Numbered from the stretch's first letter, positions 18,302 to 28,423 are shown. The stretch: DNA of 64,000 bases from an uncultured Tenacibaculum sp. (GCA_947501615.1 CANMWK010000014.1:52120-116119), one strand, 5' to 3'. Program-made: numbers and translations. The notes: a model not told the origin generated them from the sequence alone.

Positions 18302-18696
18302 TGGAGACGCCGAGAATCGAACTCGGGTCCAAACAAGTAGCTCAAGAGCTTTCTACATACTTAGTTTTTATTTAATTTTCGACTAAAAGCTGACTAAAAA
18401 CGATCCACTTTTAGCTTATCTTCTTTAATTTCGAAAACCTATCGAAGTTCTAAATTTTCTATGTTTACTTTTATGATGCCCAAAAGTGAAACGCCGTAAA
18501 CCAGGGCTTTCCGTGGACATTTAGCTTGCACACCTTGTGTGCCTAGGCTTGAATCTTACTATAATTCAGATTATTAAGCAGCTAAAGCGTAATTATTTTC
18601 GCCATTTAAATTGTTGAAATAAGTTTAACGAGCATCATTTCAGTCCTCGGTATGCTTACAATTTTACTAATCTTGCTGTCAAAACCAGTCGTCCCC
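18302..18696 (-). ncRNA. ssrA: tmRNA (transfer-messenger RNA)
   Basis: The minus strand reads 5'-GGGGACGACTGGTTTTGACAGC...GGACCCGAGTTCGATTCTCGGCGTCTCCA-3'. The acceptor stem GGGGACG/CGTCTCC carries the G3:U alanine identity pair. A T-arm GAGTTCGATTCTC is present. The tag reading frame at 18574-18603 is GGC GAA AAT AAT TAC GCT TTA GCT GCT TAA, giving GENNYALAA. CCA is not fully encoded. Confidence 0.93.
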
Positions 18697-18929
18697 AATA
18701 TGTCAAAGAATTTAGAATAATATCCACAAAAGATGTACCAATAACTAAGCACAGACTTTTTGACATTTTTAAAACACATTCTTTAAAAATAATAATTGTC
18801 TCAAAAAATGCGGATGGCAAAGATAAAAAAATACTACTTGTACAGTATATCTAAATCAAGTATTTTCGCATAAACCTGTTGTAATTTTCAACAAATACCA
18901 CACTAATTGTTTAAATTTTATAGACATAC

Positions 18930-20138
18930 ATGAAATTCGGAATTATAAAAGAACGTAAAAACCCACCTGATAAAAGAGTAGTATTCGCACCAAATAAACT
19001 TAAAGAGTTCAAACAACAGTTTCCACAAGCTGAAATCGTTGTTGAAAGTTCAGATATTAGAGTGTTTTCAGATCAACAATATAAAGATGCTGGATTTGAA
19101 ATAGTTTCAGATTTATCTGACTGTGATGTTTTATTGGGGGTAAAAGAAGTTCCAGTAGAGAACTTAATTCCGAATAAAAAATATTTCTTTTTTAGCCATA
19201 CTATCAAAAAACAGCCTTACAACAGAAAATTGTTGCAAGCTATGCTAGAAAAGAATATCGAAATGTTCGATCATGAAACTATTATTAAAGCAAACGGAGC
19301 TCGTTTAATCGGTTTTGGTAGATACGCAGGTTTAGTTGGTGCTTACAATGGTTTTAGAGCTATTGGTTTAAAAGAAAATTCTTTTGAATTACCAAAAGTT
19401 GAATCTTTAGCTGATTTAGATGAAGTTAAAAGAGAATTAGCTAAAATTAAACTTCCTAATATTAAAATTTTACTTTCTGGAACTGGAAAAGTAGCGCATG
19501 GTGCTAAAGAAATTTTAGATCATTTAGGTATTAAAGAAGTAAGTGATGCGTTATATTTAACGTCTAAATTTACAGAACCTGTGTATTGCATGGTAGATGT
19601 AATGGAGTACGCTAAAAGAACTGACGGAAAAGTTGGTGATCGATTTGAGTTCTATAAAGATCCATCAGGTTATGAAAGTAATTTTATGCCATATGCTAAA
19701 GAAACAGACTTTTTTATAGCTGGACATTTCTACGGTGATGGCGCTCCGTATTTATTTACTCGTGATAATGTAAAATCTGAAGATTTTAATATTAAATATG
19801 TAGCTGATATTTCTTGTGATGTTGATGGCCCAGTAGCAACTACATTAAGAGCTTCTACAATTGCTGATCCTATTTATGGGTATGATGCAGCTTCTGAATC
19901 TGAAATTGACTATAAAGATGATAATGCTATTGTAGTTATGGCTGTTGATAATTTACCTTGCGAACTTCCAAAAGACGCAAGTGAAGGATTTGGAGACATG
20001 TTTTTAAATCATGTTATTCCTGCATTTTACAACGATGATAAAGATGGAATATTAGCTCGTGCTAAAATGACGAATAGTAAAGGGGAATTAACTGAACGTT
20101 ATCGTTATTTACAAGATTATGTTGATGGCAAAGAATAA
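18930..20138 (+). CDS. alanine dehydrogenase/PNT-domain NAD(P)-dependent oxidoreductase (saccharopine-dehydrogenase-like)
   Basis: N-terminal KERKNPPDKRVVFAP...DCDVLLGVKE is typical of the AlaDH/PNT N-domain. A Rossmann segment ILLSGTGKVAHGA follows. Confidence 0.7.
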   Translation: MKFGIIKERKNPPDKRVVFAPNKLKEFKQQFPQAEIVVESSDIRVFSDQQYKDAGFEIVSDLSDCDVLLGVKEVPVENLIPNKKYFFFSHTIKKQPYNRKLLQAMLEKNIEMFDHETIIKANGARLIGFGRYAGLVGAYNGFRAIGLKENSFELPKVESLADLDEVKRELAKIKLPNIKILLSGTGKVAHGAKEILDHLGIKEVSDALYLTSKFTEPVYCMVDVMEYAKRTDGKVGDRFEFYKDPSGYESNFMPYAKETDFFIAGHFYGDGAPYLFTRDNVKSEDFNIKYVADISCDVDGPVATTLRASTIADPIYGYDAASESEIDYKDDNAIVVMAVDNLPCELPKDASEGFGDMFLNHVIPAFYNDDKDGILARAKMTNSKGELTERYRYLQDYVDGKE

Positions 20139-20783
20139 ATGAAATTTATAAAAAAAATACTGAAATATATAGGATACTCCTTTTTGGTTATCCTTTTATA
20201 TCTTGGTATTGCTATTCTTATAAGTTACATTACAGTTAATGAAGAACACCTCGAAAATCAAGATAAATTTGTCTATTTAAGTTCTAATGGGATTCACTTA
20301 AGTGTCATTATTCCAAAAGATAATTTATCGCCAAATTTAACTAATGATTTAGCTATAAATTATACTACTAATTTTATTCGTTTCGGATGGGGTGATGAAA
20401 ATTTTTACATGAATACTCCTACTTGGAATGATTTTAAATTTTCATATGCTTTTGGTGCTCTTTTTTTGAATAATCCGACATTAATTGAAGTTTCTAAACA
20501 TCGATACAAACAAAAAAAGTGGACTAAAGTTCCTGTGAATAACGAACAGCTTTTAAAATTAAATGCATTTATAGAAAACACTTTTCTATTGAATCAGAAT
20601 AAAGAAAAGATTATTATTCAACAAACTATGTATCCAAAATCACAATTATTTAAAGCCAATGGTTCTTATTCTCCTGTAAAAACCTGCAATACTTGGGTTA
20701 ACGATGGATTTAAAGAAAGCGGAATTAAAGCATCGTATTGGACTTTATTTGATTTTGGATTGCTTAATAAATATCAACAATAA
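20139..20783 (+). CDS. TIGR02117/DUF2459 family protein
   Basis: N-terminal TM anchor. SNGIHLSVIIP...FGWGDENFY...CNTWVN fits the DUF2459 pattern. The ATG directly follows the previous stop. Confidence 0.6.
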   Translation: MKFIKKILKYIGYSFLVILLYLGIAILISYITVNEEHLENQDKFVYLSSNGIHLSVIIPKDNLSPNLTNDLAINYTTNFIRFGWGDENFYMNTPTWNDFKFSYAFGALFLNNPTLIEVSKHRYKQKKWTKVPVNNEQLLKLNAFIENTFLLNQNKEKIIIQQTMYPKSQLFKANGSYSPVKTCNTWVNDGFKESGIKASYWTLFDFGLLNKYQQ

Positions 20784-20786
20784 TAC

Positions 20787-21008
20787 ATGACTCCAGATAA
20801 ACAGTTTTTAGTAGATACTGCTCATATGAAAATGCCTTTTGGAAAATATAAAGGAACTTTCTTAATTGATATTCCTGAATATTACATGGTTTGGTATAAA
20901 AACAAAGGCTTTCCTAAAGGAAAACTTGGTCAAATGATGGGTTTAGTATATGAACTAAAACTAAACGGACTAGAAGATATTTTAAGAAAAATAAGACATA
21001 CCAATTAA
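20787..21008 (+). CDS. DUF3820 family protein
   Basis: 73 aa. MPFGKYKGTFLIDIPEYYMVWYKNKGFPKGKLGQMM matches the DUF3820 signature. Confidence 0.65.
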   Translation: MTPDKQFLVDTAHMKMPFGKYKGTFLIDIPEYYMVWYKNKGFPKGKLGQMMGLVYELKLNGLEDILRKIRHTN

Positions 21009-21049
21009 CATGAAATACTTTGTGTTATTATGAATTTAACCTGTAATAA

Positions 21050-22030
21050 TCACCCTTGATTTCCTGCTATATCATTAATAGTATCTTCAACCTCAACTGA
21101 TGGATAAATCAATAACAAGACATAGCAAATACATGAAATAAACAATGTTAATCCTATTAATTTATTTAGTAAAAAAATAATGAAAATACTTTCAGCAAAA
21201 AGTATTAAATACGTGCACCCCATAATGAGAACTCCAAATAGCATAGATAAAAATATCAGAAACGGAGATTTCCCCATATTAACAAGTCGTTTTACAATAA
21301 TATAGATATGAATTATCGTTATTACTAAAGAAAATATACTTAAAAGGATACTTAAAAACTTTCCAATGTTACGAACGTTAGTTGTAAATACATAAAAAAT
21401 AAAAATTCCTGTAACTACCCAAGAAGATAATTGTAACTTTAAGACACTTCTAGAAAATTTACCTCTACTAAAACCTGAACCACTTCCTAAATCTGAAAAC
21501 GTAACTGAAGTTTTAGAATTTAACATCGACTTAAAAAATAAAATCCCACCTATAGTCGCTAGCGTAAAAACAAAAATTTTAAACCATAATACGTCATTTT
21601 CTATATCGCCATAAAATTGTGTACTGTAAAAATCTTTAATTTTTAAAAAAAAGAAGGGTAACAGAGGTAGTATATTAAAAAAAATAAAGAACAGAAAACC
21701 TATACCTACTGTTTTAATTCTTATTTTATTTTCTATGTTGTACAATTTATAAGCTAAAGCTATAGATAAAACTAAAATTACAAATGACCAAGGAATATAT
21801 GTTGGGAAAGCTACACTTGAAAAGCTGGAAAAAATACTATAACCACCTAAAAATTCATTTCCTTTCATTTTCAGCGCGTAAACATTAACTAAAACTTGTT
21901 GTAAAAAATTTACGATTGCAAAACTTCCTATTACCCAAAAAACACTAATAATTGTCACATAATCTCTTTGAGACAGAGCTTGATCTTTATCAAAAAAAAT
22001 TTTCTTTACATAGGTATAAGCTTCTCTCAT
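21050..22030 (-). CDS. hypothetical polytopic membrane protein
   Basis: 326 aa with about 8 hydrophobic segments. No family recognised. Confidence 0.5.
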   Translation of the reverse strand: MREAYTYVKKIFFDKDQALSQRDYVTIISVFWVIGSFAIVNFLQQVLVNVYALKMKGNEFLGGYSIFSSFSSVAFPTYIPWSFVILVLSIALAYKLYNIENKIRIKTVGIGFLFFIFFNILPLLPFFFLKIKDFYSTQFYGDIENDVLWFKIFVFTLATIGGILFFKSMLNSKTSVTFSDLGSGSGFSRGKFSRSVLKLQLSSWVVTGIFIFYVFTTNVRNIGKFLSILLSIFSLVITIIHIYIIVKRLVNMGKSPFLIFLSMLFGVLIMGCTYLILFAESIFIIFLLNKLIGLTLFISCICYVLLLIYPSVEVEDTINDIAGNQG

Positions 22031-22060
22031 TAAAACTGTTTTTATAGTTCTGCTTCAAAT

Positions 22061-22696
22061 TTAATGCTTTGTTTCATATAAACTTGAATAAAAAGTAATT
22101 ACTAGCCATATAAACATTCCAAAACCAATAGTAAAGCTCCATACTTCAGCCTGTTGGATGGTTTGAATACTTCTTTTTACTAATGAAATAGGAGAAGTGA
22201 TAATATCCCAAGAATTAAATCGTAAAAATCTTCCTAAATACACACCAAAGCCACATAAAAAGCAAATCAAAGGTATTAGAAAACCAGCTTTTATACGCCA
22301 CGCTGCAATAGCTGTATGTTTAATATTAATTATGGTTAACACTGTTAATAAGAGTCCTGTAGTGGCACAACAAAACAACAACAATAAATCATACCATGCC
22401 ATAGGACTCTTTGTATTTAAATGAATCAAATCTGTAATCATATAAGGTGCGTTGGGTAAAAACAATACACATAACACTATAGTTACTGCAGTTTTAATTT
22501 TAATATACCGCTTCATTTTATATAACTTTAAGTATTCAGAAATTACATAAGGAATTATAGCTAAGAAAAGATTCCATAACATAAATGAAAAAATTAAACT
22601 TTGCGTTATTTGTACTCTTAATAGTACTAAAAACGAAGACATAATGATTAACATTAATACTGCGTTTTGTTGTTTTGTCATTTTTTTTGTGATCAT
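22061..22696 (-). CDS. DUF1361 domain-containing membrane protein
   Basis: WNLFLAIIPYVISEYL, NAPYMITDLIHL and GVYLGRFLRFNSWDI are DUF1361-like. The start is trimmed from track 22735 to the Met at 22696 (or 22681) to remove the overlap with the upstream gene. Confidence 0.65.
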   Translation of the reverse strand: MITKKMTKQQNAVLMLIIMSSFLVLLRVQITQSLIFSFMLWNLFLAIIPYVISEYLKLYKMKRYIKIKTAVTIVLCVLFLPNAPYMITDLIHLNTKSPMAWYDLLLLFCCATTGLLLTVLTIINIKHTAIAAWRIKAGFLIPLICFLCGFGVYLGRFLRFNSWDIITSPISLVKRSIQTIQQAEVWSFTIGFGMFIWLVITFYSSLYETKH

Positions 22697-22709
22697 ATTG
22701 CTATTTTTT

Positions 22710-23159
22710 TTAAGATGTATATTGAAATACATCAACTACCCTATTTTCTTTAAATTTAATACATAAAATATCTGGATCGATGTTAAACAAACCTGGGACA
22801 TGTCCTAAATAATATTCCATTAAATTATTTTTAATGTACACCTCTTTTTTTCCTAATAATTCAACTACCTCCTCTTTTGTTTTCCCAATTAATAAATTAC
22901 GCTGTATAATATCTTCAGACATCTTATACCGTACATGAATTTTTGAATTCCATTTTTTTGAATTAAAACTATTATTGGGATAGTATAAATAAGTTGCTAC
23001 AGATACTACTGGAATTAATAATGCTATGATTATACTACATATTGCAACAAAAATTATTTTTCTCATATTCGTTTTGAAACGAATCAGTTTTGAAAGTTTA
23101 CTAGCACCTAAAGCCCCAACACCCAATAAAATTAAAACAAGTATAATTATATATATCAT
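22710..23159 (-). CDS. hypothetical membrane-anchored protein (C-terminal SmpA/OmlA-like segment possible)
   Basis: Two N-terminal TM segments. C-terminal LIGKTKEEVVELLGKKE...YYLG...ILCIKFKENRVVDV resembles small BamE/SmpA-like domains. Confidence 0.5.
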   Translation of the reverse strand: MIYIIILVLILLGVGALGASKLSKLIRFKTNMRKIIFVAICSIIIALLIPVVSVATYLYYPNNSFNSKKWNSKIHVRYKMSEDIIQRNLLIGKTKEEVVELLGKKEVYIKNNLMEYYLGHVPGLFNIDPDILCIKFKENRVVDVFQYTS

Positions 23160-23250
23160 AGGATTTCTTTATAAAAATTTATGAAACATGTTTGCTTAAT
23201 GTTTCTGGAGTTATATTGATGTAAAATGAAACGATCTGTTTATCATGATT

Positions 23251-23952
23251 TTATAATTGTAACATTTTTCTAATTTTTAATTTGCCTACAAACATTGAAT
23301 AAAAAAAACTAAACCATAAAAGGACACCTAATACAGACATAAACATTCCTTCATAAACACTAAGTATAAGAACGAATAAAGTAATTACTAGTTGAAATCC
23401 ATACCAGTAACTAAAATTTTTAAAACTTAAAGTATAATCTTTTATTGAAACTCCTGTTTTAAATTTTAAGAATAAACCAATTATATTCAATAGAAAATAT
23501 AGCAATAACCATATTGAAAATATTCCAAGGTAAAACATTGGTATTGCTATTGTATCTGCCCAATATGGGAAAGATTCTCGACTAAAATCTATAAATAAAT
23601 GTACATACATTGCGCAAACTTCCACTAAGAAACTTATTAATCCTAATAGAAAAATTGAGCTTTTCTTACTATACGTTTTTAAACCTCTATTCTTTGTAAC
23701 TGTAAACAACAAAAACAATGAAAGTACCACAGCAGTCATTCCATAATCAAAAAGATAATATTTAACTGTTAGATATTCTTCTCTTAATTCAAAAAACAAT
23801 GTTGTCTTATTTGGATTTAAAGATGATCCAAGTTTTATATATTCTTTTTGAAATAATTCATAATCTTTAAATGGTTTTAAGAATAATGAAAAAACTACTG
23901 TAGATATCCCAATAATTACAATTGTTAGTAAACTTTTTTCAAGCAACTTCAT
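23251..23952 (-). CDS. hypothetical polytopic membrane protein
   Basis: 233 aa with about 6 TM segments. No family recognised. Confidence 0.5.
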   Translation of the reverse strand: MKLLEKSLLTIVIIGISTVVFSLFLKPFKDYELFQKEYIKLGSSLNPNKTTLFFELREEYLTVKYYLFDYGMTAVVLSLFLLFTVTKNRGLKTYSKKSSIFLLGLISFLVEVCAMYVHLFIDFSRESFPYWADTIAIPMFYLGIFSIWLLLYFLLNIIGLFLKFKTGVSIKDYTLSFKNFSYWYGFQLVITLFVLILSVYEGMFMSVLGVLLWFSFFYSMFVGKLKIRKMLQL

Positions 23953-23962
23953 TTAAAATAAC

Positions 23963-24349
23963 TTAAATTTTAAGTGATTTTTTCTTGTATGTTTCAATAC
24001 AATAAACTGTAATAACACCTAACGTATATGCTATCAAATCTCCAAAAGAAAAAGTACTTCCTATCACGATTCTCATTAATTTATTGTCTTGTAAACCTAG
24101 CATAGTAACCAGTTCAAAATATTGTAATATTTCAACAGTAAAAGAAAAACATAAAACTCCAATAGCAATCTTTTTAGGTGAAAGATTTACAAATGATTTC
24201 ACCAAATAATATAACAAAATAACCACTAGAAAATCACCAAAAGTGTGTCTGATAAAACCTCTTGTTTTTGCTATTAAGATTTCTACTAAAAATAATAGTA
24301 TAAAAATGATGAAACTTTTACTATCGAAACGAAATACTTTTTTATCCAT
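23963..24349 (-). CDS. DUF2809 domain-containing membrane protein
   Basis: 128 aa. IRHTFGDFLVVILLYYL and GSTFSFGDLIAYTLG fit DUF2809. Its 5' end overlaps the creD 3' end by 8 nt. Confidence 0.6.
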   Translation of the reverse strand: MDKKVFRFDSKSFIIFILLFLVEILIAKTRGFIRHTFGDFLVVILLYYLVKSFVNLSPKKIAIGVLCFSFTVEILQYFELVTMLGLQDNKLMRIVIGSTFSFGDLIAYTLGVITVYCIETYKKKSLKI

Positions 24350-25748
24350 TTTGCCAATCTATTTTTCTTGATGCATACATTACAGAAGCTAATATTACGA
24401 ATAACCCAACACTTCCTACTAACAAAGCATAACTTTCTAACTGAATAATTACAAAAATAAATGTGTATAACACCAATAGTGAGACTCCTACAAAAACAGG
24501 AAATTTAATTCCACTTAATATAGATTTTGAATATAATGATATTAAAATCACAACAGCAAATGAAGCTATGAGATATGCATTAAAAAAATTACTATGCTCA
24601 GAAATAGAAATTAATAACGTGTAAAACATTACCAATGCAATACCTATCATTAAATATTGAAATGGATGAATTAAAATTTTACTCATTGTTTGTATCAAAA
24701 AGAATACTAGAAACGTTAATCCGATAACCAAAAAACCATATTTAGTGGTACGCTCACTTTTTTGATATTGATCTACAGGAATCATGAAGTTTACACCAAA
24801 TGCATAATCTTTTAAATTTGGAATAGCATTAAATGATTGTTGCGGAAAAGGTCTATTAATATCTAAAACTTTCCACTTAGCATCAAAACCATTATCGTTA
24901 ATTTTATCAGGATTATATGGAAGATAACCTCCTAAAAAATTAGCTGTCTTCCAATTAGAAACAACACGAACATTGGTCTCTTTTCCTACAGGAATAAAAC
25001 GAATTTGCTTACTTCCGTTTACATTCATTTTTAAAGTAAAGTTCACATTAGCATCAATAGGTAAGTCTGCTTTTTTAATTGATTTACTTTCCAATTTATG
25101 TAAGTTAACATAAGTGTAAGTGTCAACATCATGCGTATATGGTTTTCCTCCAGAAACTGCATTTCCACCATCATATTTAGATTCAAATGCGTATTTATTT
25201 TTATGAAAATCTATTGCTACCAAGCTACTTACTCCTTTTAAGTTAGACGTTTCAATTATTAGTCTAGACTTTTCCCATAAAATATCTTTCTCTTTAATAT
25301 CTACTTCACTAAAATCAGGCTTAGTAAAACTTCCCTGCAAGTTAATTTCACTTCCATAAACTGCAGTTTCATAAATTCCTCTTTTCTTTGGTTGTGGATT
25401 TACAGTAGTTTCAATATCCAATTCTTTAGGAAAAAAATATCCATATTTCACCTTTGTAATCACTTCTTCTTGGTATGTTTTTGTCTGTGAATTGTATATC
25501 TTTTTTATGTCATAGGTTTTATAGGGTACTTTTAACATAGGACCATATAACAACACTTCTCCACCCCATTTCTGGTTAATTTCTCCTATGACTTCCTTTT
25601 GCCGATATTTACGTTCTCTAATTAAATCTTTTACATAAGATAACGGTATTAACAAAATCAATATCAATACCCCTATAGTTAGCATTCTTGCTGAAATAGA
25701 CTGTTTTAACCACTTCCCTAACCTTTTTTCTTGTTGAACTTTTTCCAT
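24342..25748 (-). CDS. creD: cell envelope integrity protein CreD
   Basis: 468 aa. It has an N-terminal TM, then LIPLSYVKDLIRERKYRQKEV, a large periplasmic domain and a C-terminal bundle of about 5 TM segments. This is the CreD architecture. Confidence 0.75.
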   Translation of the reverse strand: MEKVQQEKRLGKWLKQSISARMLTIGVLILILLIPLSYVKDLIRERKYRQKEVIGEINQKWGGEVLLYGPMLKVPYKTYDIKKIYNSQTKTYQEEVITKVKYGYFFPKELDIETTVNPQPKKRGIYETAVYGSEINLQGSFTKPDFSEVDIKEKDILWEKSRLIIETSNLKGVSSLVAIDFHKNKYAFESKYDGGNAVSGGKPYTHDVDTYTYVNLHKLESKSIKKADLPIDANVNFTLKMNVNGSKQIRFIPVGKETNVRVVSNWKTANFLGGYLPYNPDKINDNGFDAKWKVLDINRPFPQQSFNAIPNLKDYAFGVNFMIPVDQYQKSERTTKYGFLVIGLTFLVFFLIQTMSKILIHPFQYLMIGIALVMFYTLLISISEHSNFFNAYLIASFAVVILISLYSKSILSGIKFPVFVGVSLLVLYTFIFVIIQLESYALLVGSVGLFVILASVMYASRKIDWQNG

Positions 25749-25861
25749 TTTGTATGTTCTTTTTATTAATAATTTATTTTTTCTGTTTAAAAACTACCCT
25801 GCTATAGTATAATAGCTGGGTAGTTTATAGCAATCTCCCCTTTAAACGAAACATGTAAAGT

Positions 25862-25878
25862 ACTTTGAAATTCAAAGT
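25862..25878. promoter_or_regulatory. palindromic operator candidate upstream of creD
   Basis: ACTTTGAAATTCAAAGT is a perfect 8-1-8 inverted repeat, embedded in TAAAGTACTTTGAAATTCAAAGT. The same 23-mer, with one substitution, recurs at 26819-26841. Confidence 0.5.
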
Positions 25879-25895
25879 TTAAATTCAAAAAAATT

Positions 25896-26192
25896 TTAGG
25901 TGCCTTTTATCAATTTTTCTAAAGCCTCTACATGTTTTTTAAACTCTTCTTTTCCTAATGGTGTTGCATAGTATTTTGTATTGGGTTTTCTACCAATAAA
26001 TTGTTTTTCTACTCTAATAAAACCTACTTTTTCTAAAGCCTTAGAATGACTTGCTAAGTTTCCGTCTGTTGCACCCAACAACTCTTTTAATGATTTAAAA
26101 TCTGCATACTCATTTACCACCAAAATCGACATAATCCCTAATCGTATTCGGTGATCAAAAGCTTTATTTATATTGTTGAGTAAGTTCTTCAA
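25896..26192 (-). CDS. winged-helix (ArsR/PadR-like) transcriptional regulator
   Basis: 98 aa. HRIRLGIMSILVVNEYADFKSLKELLGATDGNLASHSKALEKVGFIRVEKQFIGRKPNTKY is a wHTH. Confidence 0.75.
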   Translation of the reverse strand: MKNLLNNINKAFDHRIRLGIMSILVVNEYADFKSLKELLGATDGNLASHSKALEKVGFIRVEKQFIGRKPNTKYYATPLGKEEFKKHVEALEKLIKGT

Positions 26193-26207
26193 AAATGCAG
26201 ATTTATA

Positions 26208-26816
26208 TTATTTTCTTTCGTATTTCACATACATTAAAATACCGTAAACGATATGCATTACACCAAAGCCTAATACCCAAAACCAAAATCCATATCCAGG
26301 GAAAACAGCGCATAACAACCCTAATACAATTTGTGTATAACCTAAGTATTTTATATACCCCAAAGTATATTTAGAAGCATTGATTAATGCTAAGCCATAA
26401 AATAATAACATTAATGCCCCGGTCTGTCCGTAACGATGCTGTTTTAAAATAATAATTATGTATATACCTCCTGCAATTAACGGCACTAGAAAACTTGTTA
26501 AAAGTCGTTTAGTCGTTGCATCCCATATGCGCTCACCATTCTTCTTAGCTTTTAAGGTCGTCAAATAAATAGCTGAGACAACACTCGCAAACAATACTAA
26601 AATCATATCTAACAAAACCAATTTGAAAATTTTGCCATCTAAAATTAAATACCCTCTATAACTAGATGTTACTAAAAAATAAGCATAAGCTGCACCAATT
26701 AATGCATAAGTACCTGCTAATATTCCTGACAAACCACTTAATGAAATAAATCGTGATGATTTACTCATTAAATTTTTAATTTCTGTGATATCTTTTAAGT
26801 ATTCTTCTGAACTCAT
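26208..26816 (-). CDS. hypothetical 5-6 TM membrane protein (first gene of the wHTH operon)
   Basis: 202 aa, hydrophobic. It ends 15 nt before the wHTH start. Confidence 0.55.
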   Translation of the reverse strand: MSSEEYLKDITEIKNLMSKSSRFISLSGLSGILAGTYALIGAAYAYFLVTSSYRGYLILDGKIFKLVLLDMILVLFASVVSAIYLTTLKAKKNGERIWDATTKRLLTSFLVPLIAGGIYIIIILKQHRYGQTGALMLLFYGLALINASKYTLGYIKYLGYTQIVLGLLCAVFPGYGFWFWVLGFGVMHIVYGILMYVKYERK

Positions 26817-26824
26817 GATAAAGT

Positions 26825-26841
26825 ACTTTGAAATACAAAGT
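26825..26841. promoter_or_regulatory. second copy of the operator candidate, upstream of the membrane-protein/wHTH operon
   Basis: ACTTTGAAATACAAAGT (6-5-6 inverted repeat) lies within TAAAGTACTTTGAAATACAAAGT, starting 9 nt upstream of the start codon at 26816. Confidence 0.5.
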
Positions 26842-26886
26842 AAAAATAAAAAAACTAGTTATGCAAAAAATTTATACTTTTAATTT

Positions 26887-27258
26887 ATGAGACCTGCAGA
26901 AGCCTATATATTATCTCAAGAAGAACCTTTTAAATCTATGCTACTTCATCTTCAAATGGTTATTGAACAAAATTTTCCTGAAGTTGTCTTAGAGTTCAAA
27001 TGGAAAATTCCTTTTTACTATTTAGATGGGAATCCGTTTTGTTTTCTGAATCCTTCCAAAAAAAAGAAATATGTAGATGTTGGTTTTTATGGCGTGAACG
27101 GCTTAGAAGAATATCAAAATATCATAATTTCTGAAGGCAGAAAAAAAGTAAGATCACTTCGTTATAGCAGTATAGAAGAAATTAATAACGATATCTTAAT
27201 TCAGGTATTAACTTTAGCAAATAAGAACAAAGAACAAGGCTTTTGGCGTAAAAAATAG
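26887..27258 (+). CDS. DUF1801 (YdhG-like) domain-containing protein
   Basis: 123 aa. The KWKIPFYYLDGNPFCFL pattern is typical of DUF1801. Confidence 0.65.
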   Translation: MRPAEAYILSQEEPFKSMLLHLQMVIEQNFPEVVLEFKWKIPFYYLDGNPFCFLNPSKKKKYVDVGFYGVNGLEEYQNIIISEGRKKVRSLRYSSIEEINNDILIQVLTLANKNKEQGFWRKK

Positions 27259-27266
27259 ACTTTCAC

Positions 27267-28226
27267 CTACTCTACTTTTACTGTGTATTCCAGTGTAAGT
27301 TCATTATCAATATAAATCTGTAAAGTTGTATTATTTTTAGGCTTCTTTAAATAGTAATTACTATACCCAATTTTATTAGTAACTTTTGGAATTCTAATAA
27401 CTTTTTCACTACCTAATACATACAATAAAGATTGCATCTGTTTCACTCCTTTGATTTTAAACTTGATAAAACTTTTATTTTTTGCCTCTATAACTCCATT
27501 TTTAGGTTCAATAACATCTATTTTATGTTTAAAATATGCATTTGTAACTACTGGATCTTTACAAAAATCATCAAGACTTTTTAGTTTTAAAAAATACCTC
27601 CATTTAATTTCCGATGGGAAATGTGTCTTATTAAGAACCTCAGGTTGAACGTCAAAAAAAGTATTATTAAACTTCCTATACCAAATTTTTTGAGATACAT
27701 AACCAGCTCCATAAGTAGCGTCTATCATCATCCAACGATCTTTTATCTTTACCGCATTCCAAACATGATTTTTTGTTTTTGGAATAAACCCAATATAATC
27801 TCCTGATGTTTTGGTATAACCATACACCAATTCATTTTCTATATGCATTAAATCACATATCCTCTTAAATAGCAAAGCATAACCTTCACAAACACCTTGA
27901 CGATTGTTGAATGTATTTAATATTTTCTTTTCTGTTTTTGCCATTAAAGCTTTTTCCACATCTTCTTCACTATAGTAAACCAAAAATTCTGGAGCAGTAA
28001 GCATCCTAGAATATTTTTCACGATACATGATATTGTGTGTTAACCAAATATAAACAGCTCTAACCTTTTCTATATCAGTTTTAAAATCATAATCGATATG
28101 TTCTGCTAAGTCGGTAATGGTTGTTACTCTTTTGTAAGCTGATCTTGTCACATTATCGACCATAGTAAAATCTTGTGCAAAAATTAAAAAAGGGAATAGC
28201 AATACTATTAGTGTATACTTTTTCAT
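27267..28226 (-). CDS. transglutaminase-like (cysteine-protease fold) secreted protein
   Basis: Signal peptide. Cys-His-Asp core: GVCEGYALLF, NHVWNAVKI, MMIDATYGAG. Confidence 0.75.
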   Translation of the reverse strand: MKKYTLIVLLFPFLIFAQDFTMVDNVTRSAYKRVTTITDLAEHIDYDFKTDIEKVRAVYIWLTHNIMYREKYSRMLTAPEFLVYYSEEDVEKALMAKTEKKILNTFNNRQGVCEGYALLFKRICDLMHIENELVYGYTKTSGDYIGFIPKTKNHVWNAVKIKDRWMMIDATYGAGYVSQKIWYRKFNNTFFDVQPEVLNKTHFPSEIKWRYFLKLKSLDDFCKDPVVTNAYFKHKIDVIEPKNGVIEAKNKSFIKFKIKGVKQMQSLLYVLGSEKVIRIPKVTNKIGYSNYYLKKPKNNTTLQIYIDNELTLEYTVKVE

Positions 28227-28423
28227 TTAAAATAGCTTTAAAGGAGAAAATTAAACATTTGATCACTGATTTACAAATTTTATTAAAATCATCATTAGAT
28301 AATGGTAACTCACGAGACTTTTAAACCATTTGATACAATAACTACAAAATTTTAAGAATAAAATGTAACATTTTATATTTTTATTCTTCTTATTGAAATA
28401 ACAATCTCATAACATCAAATACA

